Positions 18,619 through 28,034 of a stretch of DNA of 64,000 nucleotides are shown here, piece after piece. The translations under genes and the position numbers were made by a program. Within the stretch, counting starts at the first letter, position 1; each line of letters begins with the position of its first letter. The notes beneath the pieces are model-generated. The model searched no databases and was not told the origin of the DNA. It worked only from the letters and a program-made list of their open reading frames with translations. The stretch is taken from assembly GCA_045536135.1 (NCBI GenBank), contig JAZSNA010000003.1, forward strand, positions 45,108 through 109,107, given 5' to 3'. This DNA comes from Alphaproteobacteria bacterium (GTDB lineage: Bacteria > Pseudomonadota > Alphaproteobacteria > CAAHEQ01 > UBA3637).

Positions 18619-20142
18619 CTAATATCCAACGGCAATCCACGAAATATTACCACGTCGGCGACCTGTTGAATCTGAATCCATATACCTAATTGTAAAAGCT
18701 GTCGTTGACGCACTCATAACTACTGCACAATAGTTTGTATCACTAGTGGCATTTGTCGGTTGTCCAAATGGGGTAATAACCACACTAATGACCGCAGAAG
18801 AAAAGGCTTTTGGAAAAGTAACTGAAAAGTCGGCATCAGAAGTAATGTTTATCCGTCCGCCTTGAGTAATTAAACCTGTTACACTATTCTTTTCCCAAAA
18901 GGATGTTGAGCTTTTAGAATAACTACCTGTTTTATTGTAAAGAGTGCTTGCCGCCACATTTCCTAAATTCAAATCAGCTTTATTTGTAAGTAGATTCCTT
19001 ATCTCTGTTGTATTTTCTTCTGACAATGGTCGGCTGATGTCTGCACATTTGATGTAAACCAGTTCATAATATGATTTAGGTCGGGTTTCATTCCCATAAC
19101 GAGGAGAACCGCAATTACTAATTTCTCCTATTGTTTTTAGTGCATTAAAGTCTGCACTTCCGGAGTGGTTTTCGGAATATGACCATACTGTTGCTGTGTC
19201 AGTTCCTGATTTTTTTGTTCTGTTGAGTGAACCATAGTGATAGTGTCCTTGAAATTGGTCATTTAAAACTGTTCCAAGATTATCTGTTGTACCACTTCGG
19301 GCATAGTTTTTCAAAAGTGGCAGAATAACTGTGTCATTATCAACCTTAACATATGAGGCACACATGCCATAGCTTGAAACTTGGCTGTCATAAGTGCTTT
19401 CAGTCGTAAAAACTAGATAATTCGTATCGACTAATTGTTCAAAAAAGTCCGGATATCTTGCTCGAGTAATCGTGTTTTTATACCATACAGGCTCATAACC
19501 ATCAGGAACTTTTGTATTTGCAGGAACACTTAACTTTGACCCCAATGGAGCCGGAGCACAGCTTTCTGCATAATATTTAGAAAGATTTGCCTGTTCCGTT
19601 GCCAATGCAATTTGTTTTGTTCCTTCCGATTTTACGTTATTAACCTGCGTACTCCCTGAGGAATTAATAGAACTTATTTGGGAAGTAGCTGTTGAGTTTA
19701 TTGTACTAACTTGTGTTGCTCCGTTATTTTTTATCGTAGAAACTTGGGCTGAAGCCTCTGTTTGTATGTTTGAAATGGCTGTGTCCGTAGATGTAGAAAT
19801 GTTGTTAAACACCTCAAGAGCCTGGTTTTTGATACCTAAAACATCCGTTTTTAATTGGGCAGTTTCTGTTTTAATGGTATTTGTCTGTGTTTTTAACTGA
19901 TTTGTAGCGTTTTTTGCCGCAATTGCCTCATCACGAGCCGCTTCTGCCTCAGCCACAACATCCGATACACCTCCAGTTATTTCAGTACGAACATCTTTTA
20001 ATTGTTTAGCAACTGTTGGAATATTTCCTTTTTCAGTTGGCACAGTTGTTTTATCGTCACCATGAATAATTAAATGCCATTTAGATCCGTCCGTTTCAGC
20101 CTGAGAAACAACGGCTTGTAATCTTTCTTCCATATTTGCCAT
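18619..20142 (-). CDS. tail fibre protein (paralog 3, 507 aa)
   Basis: Conserved N-terminus MANMEERLQAVVSQAETDGSKWH... shared with the two upstream paralogs. Central Ser/Thr-rich repeats (STIKNNGATQVSTINSTATSQISSINSSGSTQV). C-terminus ends ...IAVGY. Confidence 0.55.
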   Translation of the reverse strand: MANMEERLQAVVSQAETDGSKWHLIIHGDDKTTVPTEKGNIPTVAKQLKDVRTEITGGVSDVVAEAEAARDEAIAAKNATNQLKTQTNTIKTETAQLKTDVLGIKNQALEVFNNISTSTDTAISNIQTEASAQVSTIKNNGATQVSTINSTATSQISSINSSGSTQVNNVKSEGTKQIALATEQANLSKYYAESCAPAPLGSKLSVPANTKVPDGYEPVWYKNTITRARYPDFFEQLVDTNYLVFTTESTYDSQVSSYGMCASYVKVDNDTVILPLLKNYARSGTTDNLGTVLNDQFQGHYHYGSLNRTKKSGTDTATVWSYSENHSGSADFNALKTIGEISNCGSPRYGNETRPKSYYELVYIKCADISRPLSEENTTEIRNLLTNKADLNLGNVAASTLYNKTGSYSKSSTSFWEKNSVTGLITQGGRINITSDADFSVTFPKAFSSAVISVVITPFGQPTNATSDTNYCAVVMSASTTAFTIRYMDSDSTGRRRGNISWIAVGY

Positions 20143-20144
20143 TA

Positions 20145-20945
20145 TTAACTTCCTTTACAAGGGATAAATGTTAATTCTCCTGCCGTCAGCTTAACAACAT
20201 CACCTACATCAACTAAAAAAGATAAGCTATTGTATTCTTCCCAGTTTCCATAAGAACCATATTGTCTGAATACTGTAACGCCATTTATATAGCCAGTGAT
20301 GTTACTGTTGTAGACTGTGTTACGCATGAGTACCCAACCAATCTGTGAAATTGTTACGTCTGTATTCAAGGAAAGTATGGTTTTTTTTGACCAGTTTGGG
20401 CATAGCCAACGCATTAGTTGAATGATTGATGTTTTAGAAATGTTTGATAGTGATATATCTAATTTACTGCTTGTCGCATTTTCTGCTCGTTCTGCCTGTG
20501 CAGTTGCTTCGGCCACTTCTTCTATAGCAGCTGATTTTACGTTTGCAATCTGTGTTGTGCCTTCTATTTGAATATTGGAAATCCCTTGAGAAACGGCAGT
20601 TGATACGGAGTTGAACGTTGTCTGAGCCATGTTTTTGTAGTTTTCGGCCGTATTTCTAAATTCCTGTGTATCTGATTTTAACTGTTCTATTTCGGATTTG
20701 ATAACAAGAGCGTTATCTAGAACGGCACTTGTTTCGTTTTTTGCCTGCAAACAAGAGCCTAAATAATCAGCCGCACCATTAATCAACTCATTTCGCACAT
20801 CATTTAGCTGTTTTGATACAGACGGAATCTTGCCATTTTCAGTTGATACAGTTGTGGTATTATTTCCATGTATTATCGTATGCCAAAGCGAACCGTCTGT
20901 TTCAGCCTGAAACACAACGGCTTGAAGTCTTTCTTCCATATTCAT
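20145..20945 (-). CDS. tail fibre protein (paralog 2)
   Basis: Start trimmed to the internal MNMEERLQAVVFQAETDGSLWH (the track ORF extends upstream into the previous gene). The N-terminal ~150 aa are near-identical to paralog 1, and the C-terminus diverges. Confidence 0.5.
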   Translation of the reverse strand: MNMEERLQAVVFQAETDGSLWHTIIHGNNTTTVSTENGKIPSVSKQLNDVRNELINGAADYLGSCLQAKNETSAVLDNALVIKSEIEQLKSDTQEFRNTAENYKNMAQTTFNSVSTAVSQGISNIQIEGTTQIANVKSAAIEEVAEATAQAERAENATSSKLDISLSNISKTSIIQLMRWLCPNWSKKTILSLNTDVTISQIGWVLMRNTVYNSNITGYINGVTVFRQYGSYGNWEEYNSLSFLVDVGDVVKLTAGELTFIPCKGS

Positions 20946-20956
20946 CTTATAAATCC

Positions 20957-21793
20957 TTAATAACCTATTGCCATCCATCCAATTCCAAGTTGCCAATTGC
21001 AACCATTTTGAGCAATTCCACCAGTTAAAGTTACCGAATGAACTCCACATCCTGCATCGCTTCCATTATTAAAACCATAATAGAAAGTTGCTTGAGTTGA
21101 TATTACTGCCGTTGGAAAAGCTTCGGGGAACGTAAAACTAGCTTGACTATCGCCATTAACAACAATTTTTCCAAATTGAACGATAATTATTCTTACTGTG
21201 TTATCTGCTAAAATAGTTGGAAATTTAATAACTGTTCCATTATCATTAGATGTAAATTTGCAGGTTTTTAGTAAGCTATTCAAATTTATATTTGAACAAT
21301 CAATATTTAATTTACTGTCGACGGCATTTTCTGCTCTGTCTGCTTGTGCTGTTGCTTCTGCCACTTGTTCGGCGGCGGCCAGTTTTACCTGTGAAATTTG
21401 TGTGGATCCTTCTGTTTGGATATCAGCAATTCCTTGAGATACAGCGGATGACACCGAATTGAATGTCGTTTGAGCCATATTTTTATAGCTCTCGGCCGTA
21501 TTTCTAAACTCTTGGGTGTCGTTTTTTAGCTCTTCGATTTGAGATTTTATAACAAGTGCATTGTCCCGAAGCGCTGTCGTTTCTGTTTTAGCTTGCAAAC
21601 ATGAACCCAAATAATCAGCCGCTCCATTTATTAATTCATCTCTTACATCTTTTAGTTGTTTGGCAACAGACGGGACTTTTCCATTTTCCGTTAATACAGT
21701 TGTTGCGTTGTTTCCATGAATTATCGTATGCCAAAGGGAGCCGTCAGTCTCTGCCTGAGACACAACGGCTTGTAATCGTTCTTCCATATTCAT
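20957..21793 (-). CDS. tail fibre protein (paralog 1)
   Basis: MNMEERLQAVVSQAETDGSLWHTIIHGNN... N-terminus. C-terminus ends ...MAIGY, like paralog 3. Confidence 0.5.
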   Translation of the reverse strand: MNMEERLQAVVSQAETDGSLWHTIIHGNNATTVLTENGKVPSVAKQLKDVRDELINGAADYLGSCLQAKTETTALRDNALVIKSQIEELKNDTQEFRNTAESYKNMAQTTFNSVSSAVSQGIADIQTEGSTQISQVKLAAAEQVAEATAQADRAENAVDSKLNIDCSNINLNSLLKTCKFTSNDNGTVIKFPTILADNTVRIIIVQFGKIVVNGDSQASFTFPEAFPTAVISTQATFYYGFNNGSDAGCGVHSVTLTGGIAQNGCNWQLGIGWMAIGY

Positions 21794-21794
21794 G

Positions 21795-22277
21795 TTATAA
21801 ATCCTCTATTTGTTTTGTACAGGTCTCATGGACGTATTCGTGTAAGCGGTTAACTGCCAACACCAATTTATCGTAATCGCAGTCTAATAAAATGTTTAAT
21901 GCACCTTCAGACAAGGTCGGACGGTCTCGGATTTCCAGTTCAGAGGTTATTTCCCACAAATAGCCGTTTAGGAGTTTTGCCTCGAACTGTTGAGTAAAGC
22001 GAGCCTCTTGTTCCAGTAGTCCTAAACCACCAAGCAATGTGATGTAAAACCATTCGGCTCCTTCCTTTGCGTGGTATTTATACCATGCCTCGAAAAGAGA
22101 AAATTGCTCTCGGTTCATCACCCACCGCACCGAAATTTTAGACGGCGTTTGAGTATAACGCCGCCTTTGTCTTGCTGGACCTGATTCCATGTCGGTTCGC
22201 ACAATGGCTTCTCCGGGCTTAATTGCATATCCTTCCGTTGTCGGATAAGGCAGATGTTGAGGAAAATATACTGTCAT
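21795..22277 (-). CDS. minor tail protein (lambda M-like)
   Basis: EQFSLFEAWYKYHAKEGAEWFYITL resembles lambda M EATVLESFLEEHGGWKSFLWT. It lies immediately downstream of the tape measure gene. Confidence 0.4.
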   Translation of the reverse strand: MTVYFPQHLPYPTTEGYAIKPGEAIVRTDMESGPARQRRRYTQTPSKISVRWVMNREQFSLFEAWYKYHAKEGAEWFYITLLGGLGLLEQEARFTQQFEAKLLNGYLWEITSELEIRDRPTLSEGALNILLDCDYDKLVLAVNRLHEYVHETCTKQIEDL

Positions 22278-24892
22278 CGATAACTCCCAAATGCCGGATT
22301 AAGGGCATAACGTTGTTCCAAAATAGGCGATAAACCTTCGCCCTTAGATATGTTTTTACCAATTGTGCTTTCAATTTGCTCAACAATTACATCAATGGAC
22401 ACGTTTCCACTGGCATCTTTATTTGCCGTTGCTGAAGCCTTTGTGCCTGATGAGTTATTGTGAACATTAACATTAACATTGACGGGATTTTTTGAGTTTA
22501 ACTCTGTCCCGAGTGCGTCCATTTGTCCTTTTGTGAAGACGGTTTCTCCACGTTTTGCGATGATCGGGATTTCGTCTCCGACCAAACCGCCGGTATGATA
22601 GCGAGTAGCACCTTCAAAAACATCAGGACTAATCTGCCGAGAAGATAAAGTATCCGTACCAATTACACCTCCTGTATGAGCCATCGGCACGCCAAAGTAT
22701 CCCATTATCCCACTCATGATGGGTTTGATAACGGCATATTGAATGGCCATCCGGACCATACCTTCAACAATAGAATTAACAAAATCCGAAAAACTAGCTT
22801 TGCCTGTCATAACGAACTCGGTCAGAGTGTCTTCCATGGCGGTAAACGAGTTTTTTACAATGTTCTCGGTTGCTTTTGCCATGTCGGTTACATCAGCATA
22901 CGAGCTTTGCAAGCTGCGAGTGAGACCGTCTTTCCAATTGGTTGAGTTTTTCAAGGCGGCATCACTTGCTTTTTTGACCATATCATCATAAACACGATTA
23001 ACATCAGCTTTGAAATCTTCATACCCGGCCTTAGTGCTATCAAGGTTCGCCAAAGCATTATCACGCCATTCGGCCGCTTTTTGCATAGCCTGATCATATG
23101 GCTCTTGTAATTCAAAGACTTTCTTTTTTATGTCCTCTATGTTTTTCTCATAGGCTGAAGTATCAACTGTCGGCAGTTGTTCTGTCTGTTGTTCCAGTTC
23201 TTTTTTAGGTCGAAGCTCCGGATTGTTGATGTATTCCAGTTCCTTTCGGGCATCCCAAGCATCTTGTCGAGCTGCTTTTAATAACAGGAGTTTTTCCTGA
23301 ATGGCATCGGCTTGTGGCTTGAAGTCCGGATATTCCGCTGCCAGCTCCCAAACCTTTTTCTCATATTCATCAAGGTTATACTTTGATTCAGAGAGGATTT
23401 CAGCCAAATCGTTTGCAAAAATCTCGTATTCATCAAGCATAAAGTTCGGAGCATGACGTTTGAAAAACGAGATGCCGCCGGTGTTTTTTAGCTCTTTTTC
23501 AAGGTCTTTGACGTTCTTTTCTGCGATTTTTAGCTTGTGCGACCATTCGGCAATGGCTTGGTTCTTCGACAGAGTATTCATATAAGTCGAAGTTTCCTTG
23601 ACGGTTTCTGCCATTTGGTCTTTGAGTTTTTGCAATGTGTCGGCATGATCATTGGCGGCTCGCTTTGCCACATCATGACTATCCACGAGCTTATAAAGAC
23701 CATAAGCCAGTGCTAAAACAAGGCCGGCAGGACCACCAAGAAGAGCCAATGCACCTTTCAAAACATTGGCCGCTACAGTTGTTGCATACATCTGAACGGC
23801 GGCCAGTTTAGAAACCTGCCACATCATACGAAGACCGAGTGTCGCCGTTGCTCCAGCTGTCCCAGTTCCTAAAAGTGCGGCATTTAAGGATAAAACTGAA
23901 CCTTTAAGAAGTGTCCAAGTTTTGATAATAGCGGCAGAACCCAAACGAACAGTTAAGAGCGTGATAATCGGTTCGATATTATTTGCCAAGGCAAAAAAGG
24001 CTTTGCCTGCCACATTTACAGCCGTTGCCAAAGCTCCACCGATAGATTTTGCGGTACTGTTTGAACCGGATACAAGCGTGTTAAATTGTTCCAACACACC
24101 TTTAATGGCATCATTTAGTCCGCTTTCACCAATGGTTCGGGCAACTTTTGCCATGGCATCTTCAATGTTTGACATCGTTCCGCCCATGGTGTTCATCTGT
24201 TCAGCCATAGCTCCACCGAAGTTAATGTTTCCGATAGATCGCAAATATCGTTCGATTTCGGTCGCATTTTTAGCCACTTCTGTTGTAACGCCTTGGAAGA
24301 TGAACTTAACCGTTTCACCTTCAACTTTGGCTTTGATACCAAAGGTTTTCAGTCTTTCAAACTCGCCAACGGTTGCAGAAGTTACTGCAGAAACAAACTC
24401 CAAGATGTTCTTACCAAAGGCTGATGCCGTATTACCATAAGAGGTTAAGGCTTCCATTGAGGGTTCCAAGCCCATCGCCTTTAATCGGATAAAGCTATCA
24501 ACGATTTCATCAAGTTGATACGGGGTTGATGTGGCAAAGTCTTCAATTAAAGAAAATGCTTCCTTTGCCGCTTTTGCAGATCCGGTCACAGTTTTTAATG
24601 ATCCGGATAACCTTTCAAATTCGGCATTAACTCCGACAATTGACTTAAATGTTGAGGTTAAACCACGTAAACCGAGGTAGGCTCCGGCAAGACCTGCCGC
24701 TTGTTTTAGTACGCCATTAAAGGTTTTGGCCGTTTCATTTATGACTTTCAGGTTGTCATTGGCCGGTGTGATGACATTTGTAATCTGACGAAAAGCCTTT
24801 GTGCCGTCCGTCCCAATGGACTTAAACTCCTGACGGACTTTATCACCGCCAACTGCCTCAAGTCTGATGGATAGTTTCTTTGCTGCTCCCAT
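22274..24892 (-). CDS. tail tape measure protein (lambda H-like)
   Basis: 872 aa, Ala/Gly/Lys-rich and largely helical. It follows the G/GT chaperone pair. Confidence 0.8.
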   Translation of the reverse strand: MGAAKKLSIRLEAVGGDKVRQEFKSIGTDGTKAFRQITNVITPANDNLKVINETAKTFNGVLKQAAGLAGAYLGLRGLTSTFKSIVGVNAEFERLSGSLKTVTGSAKAAKEAFSLIEDFATSTPYQLDEIVDSFIRLKAMGLEPSMEALTSYGNTASAFGKNILEFVSAVTSATVGEFERLKTFGIKAKVEGETVKFIFQGVTTEVAKNATEIERYLRSIGNINFGGAMAEQMNTMGGTMSNIEDAMAKVARTIGESGLNDAIKGVLEQFNTLVSGSNSTAKSIGGALATAVNVAGKAFFALANNIEPIITLLTVRLGSAAIIKTWTLLKGSVLSLNAALLGTGTAGATATLGLRMMWQVSKLAAVQMYATTVAANVLKGALALLGGPAGLVLALAYGLYKLVDSHDVAKRAANDHADTLQKLKDQMAETVKETSTYMNTLSKNQAIAEWSHKLKIAEKNVKDLEKELKNTGGISFFKRHAPNFMLDEYEIFANDLAEILSESKYNLDEYEKKVWELAAEYPDFKPQADAIQEKLLLLKAARQDAWDARKELEYINNPELRPKKELEQQTEQLPTVDTSAYEKNIEDIKKKVFELQEPYDQAMQKAAEWRDNALANLDSTKAGYEDFKADVNRVYDDMVKKASDAALKNSTNWKDGLTRSLQSSYADVTDMAKATENIVKNSFTAMEDTLTEFVMTGKASFSDFVNSIVEGMVRMAIQYAVIKPIMSGIMGYFGVPMAHTGGVIGTDTLSSRQISPDVFEGATRYHTGGLVGDEIPIIAKRGETVFTKGQMDALGTELNSKNPVNVNVNVHNNSSGTKASATANKDASGNVSIDVIVEQIESTIGKNISKGEGLSPILEQRYALNPAFGSYR

Positions 24893-25582
24893 GTATTCCT
24901 TCTTTCATGCCATGTATGGCTGTGGGTAAGAGTTCTGTCATTATTGCCATATCAAATCCAAGGTTTTGAGCAATTTCAAAGGCTGTTTTCAAATCCGGCT
25001 CAGGAAGTTTAAGCAAAACCTCCCAAGCCTGATAACCTTCCGCTGTTTTTAAGCTTGTTTCGATGTATCGGCACTTGTGGATTGGGCAGTTTGTTTTTTC
25101 GCCACATCCTTGGCAGTAGGTTCGTCCGTCTCCGAAGTGCCATTTTGAGCGGACGTAAAGGCGTTTTTTTCGGCCTCTAAAATCTCTTGAATGCCACAGT
25201 ATTGTTGACGGAAGTTTTCTGCCACCACCCAAAAGTTTGAAAATAACTCTTCAATCTTTTCAGGTGTAAGCGGTGCTTTTTCATCACTTTCTGCTTCCAA
25301 AACACCGTCCCATTCTATGATGCCGGCCAACGCTAAACCGAGGATTAGGTTCTGATCGGCGAAGGCTTCACGTTTTGAAACATCTTCCAAATTCGGAATT
25401 GACGGATCTTGGATACCGTTTTCTTTATTGCTTTTATAAAGTTTGGCCGTTTCAGATACTCGGTTGTTCATGAAGGCTTTTGCTTCATAAAACACAGCCG
25501 AAGTACAAGGTTTTACTTTAACTTTTACACCGGATCCAAGCTCTAACCAGTAAGGTTCTTTTTGAATTTTAAGTTTTAACAT
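24858..25582 (-). CDS. tail assembly chaperone GT (programmed -1 frameshift fusion, ~240 aa)
   Basis: The -1 frame ORF (24858-25232) overlaps G. The A_AAA_AAC heptamer sits in the correct zero-frame phase, and the predicted junction is ...EAEK-KKRLYVRSKWH.... Confidence 0.5.
25049..25582 (-). CDS. tail assembly chaperone G
   Basis: 177 aa, lying immediately upstream of the tape measure gene and downstream of the major tail gene. It overlaps a -1 frame ORF. Confidence 0.6.
   Translation of the reverse strand: MLKLKIQKEPYWLELGSGVKVKVKPCTSAVFYEAKAFMNNRVSETAKLYKSNKENGIQDPSIPNLEDVSKREAFADQNLILGLALAGIIEWDGVLEAESDEKAPLTPEKIEELFSNFWVVAENFRQQYCGIQEILEAEKNAFTSAQNGTSETDEPTAKDVAKKQTAQSTSADTSKQA
25163..25169 (-). 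promoter_or_regulatory. slippery heptamer A_AAA_AAC for the G/GT -1 ribosomal frameshift
   Basis: Minus-strand GAA AAA AAC GCC decodes E-K-N-A of G (residues 138-141). Codons AAA and AAC are in P/A-site phase. Confidence 0.55.
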
Positions 25583-26523
25583 TAGTATGCCTCCACATCA
25601 TTAACGAGTGAAACAGTAATCATTTTGCCAAGTGTAGGGTCTTTAGCTCCTTGGAAATCATAGGAACATTCAACACCACCTGGACCATTAACGGAGCGTT
25701 TTGGTTTAGGCAGATAAACCTCATGACAGGTAATAACCAGTTTTTGAGTGTCGGATATTTGATATCCCAGTTCTAAATCAACCGGAGTACCGGCACGAGC
25801 CTTATCCATCAAAGCGTTGTCACCATACCTGACCGAAATCGAACCGGACAAAGAGGCAACGCCCAAGTCAATGGCTTCTACTTTTCCGTCATTTCGGATT
25901 GTTTCAATCTTTTCAAGGTTGTTTGAGTAAGTGACACTTGCCGATGTAATATTGGCCAATGCTTTACCTTCAGACTTGATGAAGCCTTGGAATTGAGAAA
26001 AACGGGTATAAGAAAGCACATCGGGACTTGCCGCAATAGTTGTGTTTGAGGCTGTTTCACCTTGAGCCAATAAGGACACCGTTACTTGGGCTTCACCGGA
26101 TCGGGCGAAGTTAAAGGCGATGCTGTCAGCCTTGACACCCAAGAAACGGATAAACTCCGGAACTTCGGGCAAGCCAACTTCTAACGTATAACTGGGCAGA
26201 GAAACTTTACCGCTTTCATACGTATGCGTAAATGCACTACCATCTTCGGCAGTTGTCGGTGTCCCAAAGATAGCCTTGAGCCAAATACCGATGTTTCTTA
26301 AATCTACCGGCACAGCCAGTTCGCCACCGACATTAATCACATCTTGGAACGGTGTTGTCGGGTCTCGGCCCAAACCCAGCACGTTTGATGAAATCAAGCC
26401 TTGTTCACTATCTATGGTGCTTGATGCAAACGGCACTTGTGTATATTTACCGTCAGAAAGCGTGCCGTAGGTACTTTCTTCAGCAATTAATAGTTTTGAG
26501 TTCCATCCATAAGCTCTTGCCAT
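25582..26523 (-). CDS. major tail protein (lambda V-like position)
   Basis: 313 aa. It lies between the U-like and G genes. Confidence 0.5.
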   Translation of the reverse strand: MARAYGWNSKLLIAEESTYGTLSDGKYTQVPFASSTIDSEQGLISSNVLGLGRDPTTPFQDVINVGGELAVPVDLRNIGIWLKAIFGTPTTAEDGSAFTHTYESGKVSLPSYTLEVGLPEVPEFIRFLGVKADSIAFNFARSGEAQVTVSLLAQGETASNTTIAASPDVLSYTRFSQFQGFIKSEGKALANITSASVTYSNNLEKIETIRNDGKVEAIDLGVASLSGSISVRYGDNALMDKARAGTPVDLELGYQISDTQKLVITCHEVYLPKPKRSVNGPGGVECSYDFQGAKDPTLGKMITVSLVNDVEAY

Positions 26524-26536
26524 TTTGGAATTCCTT

Positions 26537-26962
26537 TCATTTTAATGCATTTGTTGTTGAATACTGTAAAACCACAGGGATAATGGCCGCCTTGATCAAC
26601 GGAGCACCTTCGATATACTCCTCAATAATTTCAGGCGGTTTAGGATAAACAAAGTCCGTCAAACCGGTCAGGTTTACATCTGATGAGAGCAACTCACCAA
26701 TTTTTTCGAGGAGTTCATCCAAGAGCTTATCTCTGTCTTCGGATTTAACCGCTTGGACAATGACCTCGACTTCGGCCTCGTGATTAAACAAACAAATTGG
26801 CGGAGACAGAAGTATTTCCGGAACACCTTGCTTGCCGTCTCGCATAATTACAAGACCTGATGCCGGTATTTTTTGCGGAGCGATTTCGTTCCTTTTAACC
26901 ACAACATCTAGTGTTTTAAGCCTTGCAAATAAGGCATTTAGTATCATTTCTCGTTTAGTCAT
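26537..26962 (-). CDS. tail terminator (lambda U-like position)
   Basis: Trimmed to the internal MTKREMILNALF start, about 141 aa. Position is upstream of the major tail gene. Confidence 0.35.
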   Translation of the reverse strand: MTKREMILNALFARLKTLDVVVKRNEIAPQKIPASGLVIMRDGKQGVPEILLSPPICLFNHEAEVEVIVQAVKSEDRDKLLDELLEKIGELLSSDVNLTGLTDFVYPKPPEIIEEYIEGAPLIKAAIIPVVLQYSTTNALK

Positions 26963-27530
26963 CTTCACTCCAATTCTGAACGATGAGTGACGGGAGTTTT
27001 TCCTGCCACTTTTTGCTTTCTGTTTCAAAGTTGATGATTTTGGGCATCTTGACCTGAGGGACAAGAATAAAGGCGATGATCGTCTTTTTCCGTTGTTCAT
27101 GGACCAAGAACGAAGCATCTCGTGAACGATAAACGAACCGAAGTCGGACACCTTTAGACCTCTCATAAAGTGCCGGTGTCATCCGCTTTCCATAGGCTCT
27201 TTTCTTAATTGCCGTTGTTGGGACGGCAAGCCAAAAGCCATTGGGCGAGCGAATGACACTTGCAAATTCAAAGCCTTCCATAATTTTAGGTGCTTTGGTA
27301 TAAACGACACCTGCGGCAGAGATACTTTTCTTAGATTTAGGATAGGTATCACCACGCCAAGTATTGGCCAACCGATTACCTAAACCGGCGGATTTGATTT
27401 GATTTCTCATCGTGGTTTTTAGCCCATCGGTCGCTTGCCTGATACCGTTTGTGACAGCTTCAGCTCCCGACCGATAATGCTCTTCCATATATTCTTCCAA
27501 GTTTCCCTCTAATGCCGCTTTTAGTCGCAT
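26955..27530 (-). CDS. tail completion protein (lambda Z-like position)
   Basis: Start moved to the ATG at 27530, which has a GGAGG RBS, giving about 191 aa (lambda Z is 192 aa). Confidence 0.35.
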   Translation of the reverse strand: MRLKAALEGNLEEYMEEHYRSGAEAVTNGIRQATDGLKTTMRNQIKSAGLGNRLANTWRGDTYPKSKKSISAAGVVYTKAPKIMEGFEFASVIRSPNGFWLAVPTTAIKKRAYGKRMTPALYERSKGVRLRFVYRSRDASFLVHEQRKKTIIAFILVPQVKMPKIINFETESKKWQEKLPSLIVQNWSEDD

Positions 27531-27820
27531 GATACCTCCGCACGCCACACAAGTCGGTGTTGTTCTCGTCTTGGGTCGGACATAACCCGATATGTCGCAC
27601 CGCCACATTCAAATGTGTCGCCAACAGCCAAATCAGGTGCATCAGAAACCCTTACTCTGATTAAAGTTGTGGGAGAAATGGTATTCGCAAAACCAACTTC
27701 TCCCATTTCATCAGGTGCAAAGACTAAGATCGGAACGGTCTTACCGTTATACTCCGCCGGTTGCCCCAGTCTCAGGAACAGACTGTCCACCGCTTTGTTT
27801 ATCATCGGGTTTATTGTCAT
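27521..27820 (-). CDS. head-tail joining protein (lambda FII-like position)
   Basis: 99 aa with a small beta-rich sequence. Assignment is by position. Confidence 0.35.
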   Translation of the reverse strand: MTINPMINKAVDSLFLRLGQPAEYNGKTVPILVFAPDEMGEVGFANTISPTTLIRVRVSDAPDLAVGDTFECGGATYRVMSDPRREQHRLVWRAEVSCD

Positions 27821-28025
27821 TGTTTGCTCCTTGCTTTTCTTCAGGTTTTACTTGAGGTTTTTGGGGTAGCGTTTGAGGTGCCGGAGCCTTTTTAACTCTT
27901 TCGGCAAACCCCAAAGAGATCAAACGTTTTGCTTCCTCATCAGAAACTTCACACTCTTGCCCAGGAGCGAACTCCTGAGCTTTTCCAACCACAAGCGTAA
28001 TTAACGCCTTTACTTTTACTGCCAT
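27747..28025 (-). CDS. hypothetical head protein (lambda FI position)
   Basis: 92 aa with a Pro/Lys/Gln-rich C-terminal tail. It lies immediately downstream of the major capsid gene. Confidence 0.25.
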   Translation of the reverse strand: MAVKVKALITLVVGKAQEFAPGQECEVSDEEAKRLISLGFAERVKKAPAPQTLPQKPQVKPEEKQGANNDNKPDDKQSGGQSVPETGATGGV

Positions 28026-28034
28026 GAAAACCTC

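Noticed and set aside
20946-21050. N-terminal 35 residues of track ORF 20145-21050 (MWSSFGNFNWWNCSKW...)
   Set aside because: This stretch overlaps the C-terminus of the preceding fibre gene in another frame. The conserved MNMEERLQ start with its own context at 20945 is the real start.
18619-21793. Diversity-generating retroelement or invertible shufflon driving tail-fibre variation
   Set aside because: There is no reverse transcriptase, template repeat or site-specific invertase adjacent to the fibre genes. The only recombinase is the distant integrase.
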